Below are positions 19,311 through 28,879 of a DNA stretch of 64,000 nucleotides, piece after piece (within the stretch, counting starts at the first letter, position 1; each line of letters opens with the position of its first letter). Source of the DNA: an uncultured Gammaproteobacteria bacterium (GTDB taxonomy: Bacteria > Patescibacteriota > Microgenomatia > JAMCZE01); the NCBI GenBank assembly GCA_964641255.1, contig CAZXMM010000001.1:79757-143756 (forward strand), given 5' to 3'. Made by a program: the position numbers and the translations under genes. The notes under the pieces were generated by a model that saw nothing but the letters and a program-made list of their open reading frames with translations, searched no databases and was not told the DNA's origin.

Positions 19311-20093
19311 TTATCTTTTAACTAAGCCCCGCAATTGTACCATGGTACTAGCTAATGACCCAAGTCCCGTTAAGCGGTACTGCTGAACTATAGCTATCAA
19401 ACTACTAACAGACCAATAAAGCGCTAGCCCAGCGGGGAAATTGGGCTGAGTACCAAGGAATAGAAAGAACAGGGGAAACATCCAGGCCATTGACCCCTGG
19501 GCCTCAGCAAATTCTTCCATAAAGCCCGGCTCCTTTTTTACTTCGCCCTTGGCTGGGGCTTTGGAAGGGACTGGAACGGTCGCTTTGGCAGGCATCATCA
19601 TCTTGGTTTGGACAAACTGGGTTAAAGCCGCCACAATAACTAGAATTCCCGGAAGATTAAAAGGAATGTTCGGCAAGCGAAACACGTCGGGCTTACCCAT
19701 ATCCCAGATAATGAACTGGCGGTTATAGTTGCCCCGAAGAATTGTGCCCATAGCCGAATAAAGACCAATGATTACAACTAGCTGAACCAGGGCGGGGACA
19801 CAGCCGCCGGCGGGGTTGACCCCGTGCTCTTTAAACAGTTCCATCTGCGCCGCGGCAAAAGCCTGTTGATTGCCTTTATGCTTTTCCTTAAGGGCACTCA
19901 GGTGGGGCTGGATCTCGGCCATTTTTTTCGTGTGGTGGGCCTGTTGCTTAATAAAGGGGTAGAAAATCAGGCGAGTAAGAATGGCTATTTCGACAATCGC
20001 TAAACCCAAATTGCTAAGACCAATGGTGTTGTAAACAAGCAAAATGATTTGGAAAAAGGTGTTACCAAAAAGGCTAAGAAATTCAAGATTCAT
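19311..20093 (-). CDS. yidC: membrane protein insertase YidC/Oxa1 family (short form)
   Basis: FYPFIKQQAHHTKKMAEIQPHLSALKEKHKGNQQ ... GCVPALVQLVVIIGLY matches the YidC core. Conserved synteny. Confidence 0.85.
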   Translation of the reverse strand: MNLEFLSLFGNTFFQIILLVYNTIGLSNLGLAIVEIAILTRLIFYPFIKQQAHHTKKMAEIQPHLSALKEKHKGNQQAFAAAQMELFKEHGVNPAGGCVPALVQLVVIIGLYSAMGTILRGNYNRQFIIWDMGKPDVFRLPNIPFNLPGILVIVAALTQFVQTKMMMPAKATVPVPSKAPAKGEVKKEPGFMEEFAEAQGSMAWMFPLFFLFLGTQPNFPAGLALYWSVSSLIAIVQQYRLTGLGSLASTMVQLRGLVKR

Positions 20094-20097
20094 AGGT

Positions 20098-20334
20098 CTA
20101 TTTTAACTCATCCACTCCGCCACCATTCCAAGGGTTACAGCGGATAATGCGTCTGACTCCTAAATAAAGTCCAGTGATTGTACCATAGCGCTCTACTGCT
20201 TGATACGTATACTCACTGCAGCGCGGAGTGAAACGGCAAGTCTGTCTGGCTAAAAACAGCCATTTTAAAAGTCCGGTGTCAAAAGACAGGAACTTTTGGT
20301 AAAAGCGAATAGAAAGAAGCACTAGCTGTTTCAT
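20098..20334 (-). CDS. yidD: membrane protein insertion efficiency factor YidD
   Basis: CRFTPRCSEYTYQAVERYG ... RCNPWNGGGVDE is the YidD signature. Confidence 0.85.
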   Translation of the reverse strand: MKQLVLLSIRFYQKFLSFDTGLLKWLFLARQTCRFTPRCSEYTYQAVERYGTITGLYLGVRRIIRCNPWNGGGVDELK

Positions 20335-20339
20335 GACTG

Positions 20340-20687
20340 TTAGAAAAGATTAGCCTTCTTTAAGACCAGTTCAATTTCAGCTTTTAGTTCGGATACCTGT
20401 CTCGTAGTGGCGACCGTCTTTGCAAAGAAGATGAGATCAAGATTGCTGGGCAGAGAGGAAAGCAGGGGAGCCAAAGCGTGGACTAGCTTTCGTTTTACCC
20501 TGTGACGTACCACTGATCGAGAGTCTATCTTTTTAGTAACAATGAAGGCGGCTTGGGCAGCGTCACCCACTCTTGTAGGATTAACTCTGAAAGTCAGTCC
20601 AAAAGAGACAGAGTCAATCCTCTGGCCATTTTTTTGCACCTGAAGAAATTCTTGGCGAAGAGGGAGGCGGTTCTTTCTTGGGAGCAT
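20340..20687 (-). CDS. rnpA: ribonuclease P protein component
   Basis: MLPRKNRLPLRQEF ... basic RNR-like region. Lies directly downstream of rpmH. Confidence 0.85.
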   Translation of the reverse strand: MLPRKNRLPLRQEFLQVQKNGQRIDSVSFGLTFRVNPTRVGDAAQAAFIVTKKIDSRSVVRHRVKRKLVHALAPLLSSLPSNLDLIFFAKTVATTRQVSELKAEIELVLKKANLF

Positions 20688-20694
20688 GGTACAA

Positions 20695-20850
20695 CTATTT
20701 TTTACCGGCCCGTTTGACAGTGAGCGTCTTGCGACCTCTCAGAATCCGGCGCTTTAGGACCTTTTTGCCACCGGCTGTCGCCGTGCGCGCCCGATACCCG
20801 TGCTTGCGCATTCGTTTAAGTTTCTTTGGCTGATAAACTCTCTTTGGCAT
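20695..20850 (-). CDS. rpmH: 50S ribosomal protein L34
   Basis: Not in the ORF track because it is under 60 aa. Reverse-strand translation gives [51 protein letters not shown], which matches the L34 consensus. Confidence 0.9.
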   Translation of the reverse strand: MPKRVYQPKKLKRMRKHGYRARTATAGGKKVLKRRILRGRKTLTVKRAGKK

Positions 20851-20859
20851 AGTTGGACT

Positions 20860-20889
20860 ATTATCTCAGTAAGAGGTCACTTTTCCAAG
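20860..20889 (-). promoter_or_regulatory. putative sigma70-type promoter of the rpmH operon
   Basis: On the minus strand: TTGGAA, a 17-nt spacer, then GATAAT, ending about 9 nt before the rpmH ATG. Hexamers found by eye only. Confidence 0.3.
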
Positions 20890-20907
20890 TCGGTAAATGT
20901 AGTCCTA

Positions 20908-23070
20908 TCACTTTAGGCTCTCCAGCTCTGTAGCTAAGGCCTGAAAGAGGTTTTTATAAAAACGTAGTGCTCGATAATCACTGCTGCTACGAATCAATCC
21001 GCCAAAAAGCCGAGAAATACTCTCGGGCATATTACGATTATCTGTTCGCGCTAGCCCAGACTCACACACCTCAACAAATTCCGGTAGAATACTTGCTACC
21101 CAACTTTGGTTTCCGTCTAAAAAACCCCTTAGCCCGGGGCTAAGGGTAGACATTAGACGGTCTCGTGCTTCTTTTACTGGGTACAGTTGTTCTAGTCGTT
21201 TTGCCACGTTTTGGGGTATTTCTATAGCCAAATTGGGCTGGGCTAGAATTCGATTTCGCGTCACCGCGAGGGGGATTCTGGGATAAATCATGTTATCTAG
21301 TTGGTCATTAATGTCCCTCTTTCGCTTGGTCCCCCATAATACCGCTAGTTTTCGATGCAGCTCACTCAAGATCTCTTTTTGTTGGACTCCCCCCAGAGTG
21401 CCGAGTGCAATCTTAGCTAATGCTAATTGAAACTCCCCATTGCTTAGGTCCTCTCCACCCCAAGCCACTGCACCATCAGTAAAAAAATTACTTATCTGTT
21501 TTTTTGATTTTGGAGTTAATAACCCCCAGACCCTCAAAGCCTCGGCTTCCCAATTAGTGGTAGCCAGTAGTCGCTCGGTAAAAGGGTGGTCTGCATCGGT
21601 TATAACTAGTGAGGTACGAAGGGTACTTTTGTTAAAGGCGGATACCCCAATATTTCCCGAACTGGGTAATTCCTCAAGCGTCACTAGTCCATGGTCTGGC
21701 CCCACCGCGTCAGCAAGTCTAGTTGAACCGGCACCTAAAGTCACAAAATCTGCAATGGTTTGCTGGGTTTCCTGAGAAATTTCACCAACACGAACTTCCA
21801 GCTGGGCCACCTGATTAGGATCCTCGCCCAACTGCTTATCGGTAAGAACCACTAGGTCGGTCCTAGCTTCGTCAGGCTTGATTAATACAATTTCATCCCT
21901 CTGCATTACTTCTTTAACCTTTTTCTCACCTTCCTGAATCAAAATTTGGGTTATTGTTGTAGCCCGAAGTCTATTTCTGGCATTAAATCTGGCTACCAGT
22001 TCCGACTCTTGATCTGCCCTGTCTTGACCGCCTAGGTTAAAATCATTCTCTCCGGTTCGCAATCGCTCGGAAATTTGAGAGTCTAACGCTCGCAGCAACT
22101 CTTGAAAGTCCTCCTCGACGCCACCAACGTGTTCGGGTATAAAATTTCTCGCTAACCACATCGGGTCGGCCCCAAGCTCCCAAAGCATTGCCAACCGATC
22201 GGTTATTTGCTGGGCCGCAAACTGGGGATCAATTTTTCCGCCCAAACAATCAATCACATCAGAATGATTGGCTAGTGAGTGAGCAATTGTTTGATTGATT
22301 TCTCTGGATATGTAGCTCGTACCGGCATAGGCAAGCGCTTCAATATAGAGCGTGGCTGCATTGTTTTCATGAAGTTTCTTCAGCGGTGCCTCTTTAGCTG
22401 CTAAAGATCTTTGGTAAAAATAATTAATTGCAGCTCCAGCCAAAGACCACCCTCCCAGAGTCACAAGCGCATAGGCTAGTCTCAGTACAGGATTGGCATT
22501 TTGTCGCATCCACCATTTAGCAGCGTTTTCAAGCACCAGTGTAGCCTCTGCAGTATCTGCTGCCTGACCAAGATGGACTTGTTCGTGAAACAATGTGTCA
22601 ATATCTTCCCCGGGGACTAATCTTCGAAACCAATCTTTTAGTCCTAAATTGTCCAGCTGCGTTGAAACTAAAATAACATTGTTCCACCAATCAGCTAAAC
22701 CAAGCGCAGAAGCCCCGTCGCTTTTTCTTTGAATTAAGCCTTTCTTTGTTTCAACCCTTGGTCCGTCACCGCCGAGATTAGCCGCCTTAATTGATAAGGC
22801 AAATGGATCAAAGCCCAACCAGTTAACTTCCAAATCCGTCTTTTGCCCAACAGCCTGCACCACCTGGTCGTGTAGCCCTATCCAATCATCAGAACCGAGC
22901 CGGTCAATAACTGCATAATAGGGAGAGAAGTGGATGAGTTTGTCATTAGTTTCTGCCTCCAATCTAGAGGCGACCTCACTTAACCGATCCGCGTTTATAG
23001 AATGGGAGGTCAACTCCTCACCTTCCGCGTCTGCACCCACTTCATAATCACCAATTTTTTCATCAGCCAT
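20908..23070 (-). CDS. large hypothetical protein (720 aa) with one HExxH motif, located between rpmH and dnaA
   Basis: Long clean ORF. Acidic N-terminus, FHEQVHLGQ (HExxH), no TM helix or signal peptide, no other recognisable domain. Confidence 0.5.
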   Translation of the reverse strand: MADEKIGDYEVGADAEGEELTSHSINADRLSEVASRLEAETNDKLIHFSPYYAVIDRLGSDDWIGLHDQVVQAVGQKTDLEVNWLGFDPFALSIKAANLGGDGPRVETKKGLIQRKSDGASALGLADWWNNVILVSTQLDNLGLKDWFRRLVPGEDIDTLFHEQVHLGQAADTAEATLVLENAAKWWMRQNANPVLRLAYALVTLGGWSLAGAAINYFYQRSLAAKEAPLKKLHENNAATLYIEALAYAGTSYISREINQTIAHSLANHSDVIDCLGGKIDPQFAAQQITDRLAMLWELGADPMWLARNFIPEHVGGVEEDFQELLRALDSQISERLRTGENDFNLGGQDRADQESELVARFNARNRLRATTITQILIQEGEKKVKEVMQRDEIVLIKPDEARTDLVVLTDKQLGEDPNQVAQLEVRVGEISQETQQTIADFVTLGAGSTRLADAVGPDHGLVTLEELPSSGNIGVSAFNKSTLRTSLVITDADHPFTERLLATTNWEAEALRVWGLLTPKSKKQISNFFTDGAVAWGGEDLSNGEFQLALAKIALGTLGGVQQKEILSELHRKLAVLWGTKRKRDINDQLDNMIYPRIPLAVTRNRILAQPNLAIEIPQNVAKRLEQLYPVKEARDRLMSTLSPGLRGFLDGNQSWVASILPEFVEVCESGLARTDNRNMPESISRLFGGLIRSSSDYRALRFYKNLFQALATELESLK

Positions 23071-23165
23071 TGTGACAATTATATAGCCTAGCTAATAAAC
23101 AAAATAATACGGACTCAAAAAAAGCTAAAATTTTCGCTGACCCGCTCATTACCTCCTTGCTTTTT

Positions 23166-23174
23166 TGTGGATAA
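23166..23174 (-). promoter_or_regulatory. DnaA box (TTATCCACA on the minus strand) in the dnaA promoter region
   Basis: Perfect 9-mer tgtggataa, 21 nt upstream of the dnaA ATG. Consistent with DnaA autoregulation. Confidence 0.5.
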
Positions 23175-23194
23175 CTTTTTAAGATGCCGGTACT

Positions 23195-24604
23195 ATGGCT
23201 ACTAATGACGAGCTTAGCAAAATCTGGCATATTGTTCTTGGGGAACTAGAAGTAGAGCTGGGTAAAAGCAACTTCTCCCTCTATCTTAAAAACTCTGCTC
23301 TCCTAGCTCTTTCTGATGGGATAGCTACAATTGGTTTTCCCAGTAAGATTACGGGTGACCAGGCCAGCTCCAGATATTACGCCTTAATCCAAAATACTTT
23401 ACAAAAAATTAGCAAGGTGTCTCCTCTTAGTCTGATCTTCGAGGTTGATAGCAGCCTAGGGACCAAAAACCAGCACCCAGACAACAGTGACAGTTTTGGT
23501 CCCATTTTTAGTCTGCCCAAGGACGACTCCACCGCCTATACCGAGGCGGTTAAACGCTCTAGGTTGCGCCAAGATTTCAGCTTTGACGAATTTTGTGTCA
23601 GCACCAGTAACCAGCTCGCTTTTGCGGCCGCCCAGTCGGTGGGGAAAAATCCCGGCAAAAACTATAACCCGCTTTTCCTTTGGGGAGGTGTTGGGGTGGG
23701 AAAGACCCACTTAATGCAGGCAATTGGCCATGAGATTTTGCGCAAGAACCCCCGAGCTAGAGTCGTGTACGCTCCTGGTGAACAATTCACTAACGAAATA
23801 ATTGAGGGGATTAGGACCAAAAACACTCGGGAGTTTAAGGAAAAGTACCGAAGCGCTGACGCTCTACTGATTGATGATATCCAGTTTCTCTCGGGAAAAG
23901 ATACCGCGCAGGAAGAATTTTTCCATACTTTTAACGCCCTGCAGCAAAATGAAAAACAGGTGGTCCTTACTTCGGACCGCAAACCGGTAGATATCAAATT
24001 TATCGAAGATCGTCTCAGAAGTCGTTTTGAGGGTGGTCTAGTAGCGGACATATCCACACCAGACTCAGAACTCAAAACCGCTATCTGTATATCAAAAGCC
24101 CATAAACGAGGAATAGAGCTATCCAGTACCTTGGCTGCAGCCATTACTAATAATGTAGATAATATTCGAAGCCTGGAGGGTACCCTCCAACGGGTAGTCA
24201 CTGAGTCAGAAATCAGAAACACCCCCATTACCGAAGACCTTATTGTTCGGGTCCTGGGTCTTCCAGAAAATTTGAGTCAGGGTAATGGTGGAGTGGGAAA
24301 CCGACTGGACAGTCGACTAGTTTTAGATACGGTCTGTGCCTTTTATAATCTCCCAATCAAATTAATTAAGGGCGAAAAACGGGATAAACCCATTGCTCAG
24401 CCACGCCAAATCATTATGTACCTGCTCAAAAAAAACACTGGAATGACTCTTGAGGAAATAGCTGATTTTTTGGGAGGCCGTGACCACACCACCATCATGC
24501 ACGGAGTTAAAAGGGTAGAGGGACTACTACAAAACAACGACCGAATTCGAGGCGAGATCAGCCAACTAGAAAACCGTCTTCATTTGTTACACCAAACCTC
24601 CTGA
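23195..24604 (+). CDS. dnaA: chromosomal replication initiator protein DnaA
   Basis: Walker A GGVGVGKTHLM, the AAA+ box and the C-terminal helix-turn-helix DNA-binding domain (IAQPRQIIMYLLKKNTGMTLEEIADFLGGRDHTTIMHGV). Confidence 0.95.
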   Translation: MATNDELSKIWHIVLGELEVELGKSNFSLYLKNSALLALSDGIATIGFPSKITGDQASSRYYALIQNTLQKISKVSPLSLIFEVDSSLGTKNQHPDNSDSFGPIFSLPKDDSTAYTEAVKRSRLRQDFSFDEFCVSTSNQLAFAAAQSVGKNPGKNYNPLFLWGGVGVGKTHLMQAIGHEILRKNPRARVVYAPGEQFTNEIIEGIRTKNTREFKEKYRSADALLIDDIQFLSGKDTAQEEFFHTFNALQQNEKQVVLTSDRKPVDIKFIEDRLRSRFEGGLVADISTPDSELKTAICISKAHKRGIELSSTLAAAITNNVDNIRSLEGTLQRVVTESEIRNTPITEDLIVRVLGLPENLSQGNGGVGNRLDSRLVLDTVCAFYNLPIKLIKGEKRDKPIAQPRQIIMYLLKKNTGMTLEEIADFLGGRDHTTIMHGVKRVEGLLQNNDRIRGEISQLENRLHLLHQTS

Positions 24605-24622
24605 TATCCTTTTGACCTTTCC

Positions 24623-24860
24623 TGGGGATTACCTGTGCATAAATTATTCATCGTTGGGGATATGTGAACAATTTTTGGTGACTATCAACATATCCCCATT
24701 TTAGGTCAATTTATCCCCAAAATTATCCACAATAGTCTCTCCAAGTTATCCACAACGAAAACTACCCATATGTTAGGGCCGTCAACAAGCCGCAATTCAA
24801 ATCTCTACACAAATCCCCACTGCCTACTACTATTACTACTAATAAGAAACTACTAAACCT
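24623..24860. promoter_or_regulatory. candidate oriC: DnaA-box cluster plus an AT-rich unwinding element between dnaA and dnaN
   Basis: Two perfect TTATCCACA boxes (24723-24731, 24746-24754), TTATCCCCA (24711-24719) and a TATCCCCA partial (24691-24698). On the opposite strand, TAATCCCCA (24623-24631) and ATATCCCCA (24655-24663). An AT-rich tract follows (actactattactactaataagaaactactaaa, about 24820-24860). Confidence 0.55.
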
Positions 24861-24913
24861 TCGGTTGCAAATAACCTTGTAAGACAATAAGATGTGACTA
24901 CTTTGTAATCGTT

Positions 24914-26059
24914 ATGGAAATTGAAATACTCCAGGAAAATTTAGCCACTGCCCTTAGTAAAGTTTGTCGCTTGATCACCTCTCGGCCGCCGATTCCTATT
25001 CTTACCCACGTATTCCTCGAAGCTAAAAGCGGCCAATTAACCCTTATTGCTTCGAACACAGAGACTACGGTTACTGCCCAAATTGGGGCCAAAGTAGTTA
25101 GTGAGGGGGCGTTTACCTTGCCAGCCAAGATTTTGTTCGAGTTGGTATCTTCCCTGCCTGCAGACAAGCTGCTTTTAAAAGTGGCAGAGGCTCAACTCGA
25201 GATTAAGGCCAAAAGTTTTCGGGGCAAGCTAAGTGGGACTAGTGGGGAAGAGTTTCCTAAACTTATTCCTCTGGACGATCAAAAAAAAGGAACCATGCAG
25301 CTTAGACGAGAGGATTTTGAAGGCATGATTTCTCATACCGTCTTTGCTGCTGCTACTGATGAGAGTAGGGCAGTCCTAACTGGTGTCCTGGTGCGGCTTT
25401 CTAAAGACACGGTTACTCTTGCCGCAACAGACGGGTTTCGTCTGTCACAGGTTACACTTAGTGATGTAAAAACTGTGGGTTTAGAAAACGAAACATTTAT
25501 TATCCCCGCCCATTCTTTATCAGAAATGCTGCGTTTTCTTGCTGATGGAACAGAAAAAGAGACGGCCCAGATCTCCCTGGATATTTATGGTGACAGTCAG
25601 GTTGCACTGTCTTTTGGTGACTCAAAAATTTATTCACGCCTGATTGCGGGTAAGTTTCCTAATTTTGAGTCAATTATCCCGACTTCCTTTGAGGGGAAAT
25701 TTACCCTAGAGAGCGAGGCGTTTAGTAAGACCCTTCGGCTTGCGGCAATTTTTGCCCGAGAAAGTGCCAATATTGTCAAACTGACCCTAACTCCAAAAAC
25801 TTCGGTGGTGTCGTTGTCAGCTAACGCCGCCCAAGTAGGGGAAAATGAAACCACGACAGAAATTGTGTGGGACAAGACTCCGTCTGAAGCTCTCACCATT
25901 GCCTTTAACTACCGCTATCTTTTGGATTTTGTCGGTAACATGGGCAAGGATAAAGAGCTGACATTTGAACATACCGGGCCACTAGCTCCGGGAGTGTTTA
26001 GGGTCAAAGGCAACGCTAATTATTTCCACGTAGTAATGCCGGTTCGGGTGCAAGGCTAG
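24914..26059 (+). CDS. dnaN: DNA polymerase III subunit beta (sliding clamp)
   Basis: N-terminus MEIEILQENLATALSKV. Three-domain, roughly 380-aa clamp pattern. Conserved dnaA-dnaN synteny. Confidence 0.9.
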   Translation: MEIEILQENLATALSKVCRLITSRPPIPILTHVFLEAKSGQLTLIASNTETTVTAQIGAKVVSEGAFTLPAKILFELVSSLPADKLLLKVAEAQLEIKAKSFRGKLSGTSGEEFPKLIPLDDQKKGTMQLRREDFEGMISHTVFAAATDESRAVLTGVLVRLSKDTVTLAATDGFRLSQVTLSDVKTVGLENETFIIPAHSLSEMLRFLADGTEKETAQISLDIYGDSQVALSFGDSKIYSRLIAGKFPNFESIIPTSFEGKFTLESEAFSKTLRLAAIFARESANIVKLTLTPKTSVVSLSANAAQVGENETTTEIVWDKTPSEALTIAFNYRYLLDFVGNMGKDKELTFEHTGPLAPGVFRVKGNANYFHVVMPVRVQG

Positions 26060-26070
26060 AATGGCTGACT

Positions 26071-26856
26071 ATGGATGTCTTAACCTCGACCAATAACCCC
26101 CTCGTTAAACGCATTAAAAAGCTGTTACTTGATCGGGTATATCGCTATGAAGAGGGAGCCTTTTGGTGTGATGGGGTGAATTTCGTTAGTCAGGCAATTG
26201 ATAATGGTTGGGAAATAGACACTCTTGTGTTTGTTCCCCAAAAAATAGACAGCGACTTTAAAAGAGCGGTTTGGACTAAGGCGTTGGGTGTCAAAAAAGT
26301 AGCTGTTTCTGAATCTGTCTACCAGGCACTCTCGAGTAAAAAAGACATTCAAGGTGTGGGGGCGATTATTAAGATGAAAACGGGCGACACTCTTGAGCGG
26401 GGATTAGGAGTAGTTCTTGAACATCTCCAAACACCCGGTAATCTCGGTACCATTATGCGAACTTGTTTGGCGTTTGATATTAAATGCCTCTATCTTATTG
26501 CTCCAAGTGTAGATCCCTTTAATCCCGATACGGTAAGGGCATCAATGGGGGCGCTGTTTGGATTAAAAATTGTAGTGATTGCTGACTTTGCAGGTTTTGC
26601 CAGTCAAATTAAGAAGAACCTGCGTTACTGCATCGGTACCTCACTTCAGGAAGCAACGCTCCTGTCTAATTACTCAAGACAGCTAGAGGGAACGGAACTT
26701 ATTTGGTTTGGTAATGAGGCCAAGGGACTATCAATAGAAGCTAGGCGGTTATGCCAGGATAGTCTTAAAGTGCCGATTAGTCCCATAGTAGATTCTTTAA
26801 ACGTTGCCGAGTGTGCCGCCATCATTCTTTACACCCTGCTCCACGGGAGTAGATGA
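26071..26856 (+). CDS. SpoU/TrmH-family RNA 2'-O-methyltransferase
   Basis: LEHLQTPGNLGTIMRTCLAFD ... VDPFNPDTVRASMGALF ... LNVAECAAIILY are SPOUT class motifs. The 3' end overlaps the convergent VirB4-like gene by 60 nt. Confidence 0.8.
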   Translation: MDVLTSTNNPLVKRIKKLLLDRVYRYEEGAFWCDGVNFVSQAIDNGWEIDTLVFVPQKIDSDFKRAVWTKALGVKKVAVSESVYQALSSKKDIQGVGAIIKMKTGDTLERGLGVVLEHLQTPGNLGTIMRTCLAFDIKCLYLIAPSVDPFNPDTVRASMGALFGLKIVVIADFAGFASQIKKNLRYCIGTSLQEATLLSNYSRQLEGTELIWFGNEAKGLSIEARRLCQDSLKVPISPIVDSLNVAECAAIILYTLLHGSR

Positions 26857-28872
26857 CGACGCCGCAGTAGGCGTAGTATCGACCTGTGCGGAGGGGGTGG
26901 GGCCATCTGGATTAATCATTGGTACTTCGGGATTATTGTCTACACTCGCTTCGGAAGCGGCCCGCTCTGCCGCTTCTCTTTTTTGAGCTAAGTCACGAGG
27001 ATTAGTACTGATAAGATTGTACTCTTCTGGCGAAGCAACAACTCGCATGGCAACGTGGGAGGATCCGGCAAAAAATAGTCCTTCGCCAACGTTTGAGGAG
27101 AGGAGAAGGCTTTTCTCTCCCTCGGATAGATAAAATACCTCTGAAACTTTATCAATCGCCGCGGGAGACTGTTTCATTAAAATTTGAATCGAGCTATTAG
27201 TCACCACAGTTTTACCAAGGTCTGTTGCCAAAAAGTCCTCGATATCTTGGGTAATCGTTGTCAGGCCAAGATAATATTTTCTGGCTCGCTTGGCAAAGTT
27301 CCATAAGAATTCAGCTGAGGCTTGGTTTTTCATCAGGTACCAGGCCTCATCCACGATTAGGATACGCCGATGTAAATCTTTCTTAACGGAGTTCCATACA
27401 AAGTCCATGATGATAAAGATAGCGAGACTTCTTAATTGGTCCTCGAGATTCTTAAACGAGAAGACTGTAAAGGGGTTATTAAGTTGTAGGTTGCTTCGTT
27501 GATTAAAAATTGTGCCAAAGCTTCCTTTGACGAATTTTTCGAGACGCAGAGCAATATTTTGGGCTTTTTCTGTTTCCATTCCCACCAAAACTTTATAGAA
27601 GTCTTCCAAAATTGGCGGTTCCTTGCTGTGGGTTTTTATATCATAGGTGATTCCCTTTTCGTGATAGGTAAGCTCTAGGGCGTTATGGATAATGGCGTCT
27701 TCCTCGGCCGTAGTGTCACCGACCATGATTTTAATAAGTCGCGTGAGAGTGAAGCCAATTTTATATTGCAAGTCATTTTCTTGGGGATCGTCGTTGGTAC
27801 CAGCCAAATCAAAGGGGTTGATATGGGTATTACTACTAAAGGAGAAAGAAATATAATCACCACCCACTGATCTGGCTAGAGTTTCGTACTCTTCTTCCGG
27901 ATCAATAATGATGACTCTCGTGTCAAACATTAAGGCTCGCAGGGCTTCGAGTTTCACTAAGAAACTTTTCCCTCCGCCGGATTTACCCAAAACTACTTCG
28001 TTAGCATTTTCCAGACTAAAACGGTCGAAGATGATGAGTGACTCATTATGTTCATTGATACCGTAGAGCACCCCCTCATTAGCTGTCAGCTCTGAGGAGG
28101 TAAAAGGAAAGGTAGTGGCAAGGGAAGTAGTGTCCATGTTCCGGGTGATCATGAGATTGTCCTGACAAAGGGGCTGGGTAGTTTTAAAGCCGTCCTCCAT
28201 TTGCAGAGTGGCCTTTTTGCCATTAAGAAGGAGTGATCCTAGAGTAGAGGCTACTTGCTTACTGATTTGGTCGAGGTCGGCTACTGAAGTAGCTGAAATA
28301 GTGAAGTAGAGACCAAACTGAAAGAACCGCTCCGCTCCTTTAGCTAATTGTTCCTGCAAAGCCAGGGCATCGTCTAGAGCTACTTGAACACCAGGATCAA
28401 TGACTCGTCCCCGTTTAATATCACTTTCGATGGTCGCTTCCATCTCGGCAATTTTTCGTTTTAGGTCGGACAAAATATCCCGAGATTCAACTGGATAGAT
28501 AAACATGCCAATATCAATCGAGGAGTCAAAATCAATAATGGGGTCTAACCAGTTGGCAGCAACAAAGCGGGGATAGCCAGCGATAAAAAGTGTTCTTAGA
28601 TAAGTATCACCTATTTTGATGTGGTCAAAGTCCACCTCGATCTTTTCTGGAGCGATTAAGTCTACAACCGACTCAAAAGCTTCACTTGGTTTCATAGTGG
28701 CAGGATCTGGTTTCGTAGTGACCAAAGACGCGTCACTCGTAGGAATCCCAGCGATGGGTTCCCACTCGGGTTCGGCTTTTGGGACATCGCTAACTTTTGC
28801 TCGCCCTGGTTTTGCTAAATCGGCAGCAATTTTAGCAACCGGTGCTTTCTTTTTTAAAAAGGGTAGATTCAT
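26797..28872 (-). CDS. VirB4/TraC/TrbE-family T4SS ATPase, middle and ATPase domains
   Basis: GYPRFVAANWLDPII (VirB4 middle-domain motif), Walker A LGKSGGGKSFLV and Walker B RILIVDEAWYLM. A low-complexity Pro/Thr/Ser C-terminal tail follows. Confidence 0.8.
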   Translation of the reverse strand: MNLPFLKKKAPVAKIAADLAKPGRAKVSDVPKAEPEWEPIAGIPTSDASLVTTKPDPATMKPSEAFESVVDLIAPEKIEVDFDHIKIGDTYLRTLFIAGYPRFVAANWLDPIIDFDSSIDIGMFIYPVESRDILSDLKRKIAEMEATIESDIKRGRVIDPGVQVALDDALALQEQLAKGAERFFQFGLYFTISATSVADLDQISKQVASTLGSLLLNGKKATLQMEDGFKTTQPLCQDNLMITRNMDTTSLATTFPFTSSELTANEGVLYGINEHNESLIIFDRFSLENANEVVLGKSGGGKSFLVKLEALRALMFDTRVIIIDPEEEYETLARSVGGDYISFSFSSNTHINPFDLAGTNDDPQENDLQYKIGFTLTRLIKIMVGDTTAEEDAIIHNALELTYHEKGITYDIKTHSKEPPILEDFYKVLVGMETEKAQNIALRLEKFVKGSFGTIFNQRSNLQLNNPFTVFSFKNLEDQLRSLAIFIIMDFVWNSVKKDLHRRILIVDEAWYLMKNQASAEFLWNFAKRARKYYLGLTTITQDIEDFLATDLGKTVVTNSSIQILMKQSPAAIDKVSEVFYLSEGEKSLLLSSNVGEGLFFAGSSHVAMRVVASPEEYNLISTNPRDLAQKREAAERAASEASVDNNPEVPMINPDGPTPSAQVDTTPTAASSSTPVEQGVKNDGGTLGNV

Positions 28873-28879
28873 ATTATTG

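Noticed and set aside
21440-21775. 111-aa ORF antisense to the 720-aa hypothetical gene
   Set aside because: Embedded antisense in a long clean ORF, with no motif, so likely spurious.
23662-24228. 188-aa minus-strand ORF inside dnaA
   Set aside because: Antisense to the unmistakable DnaA AAA+ region, so it is a shadow ORF.
26797-26856. 60-nt overlap between the SpoU methyltransferase 3' end and the VirB4 ATPase 3' end as a possible antisense-regulation signal
   Set aside because: The overlap is formed by a low-complexity C-terminal tail of the ATPase. It is more likely a stop codon drifting through a disordered tail than a functional feature.
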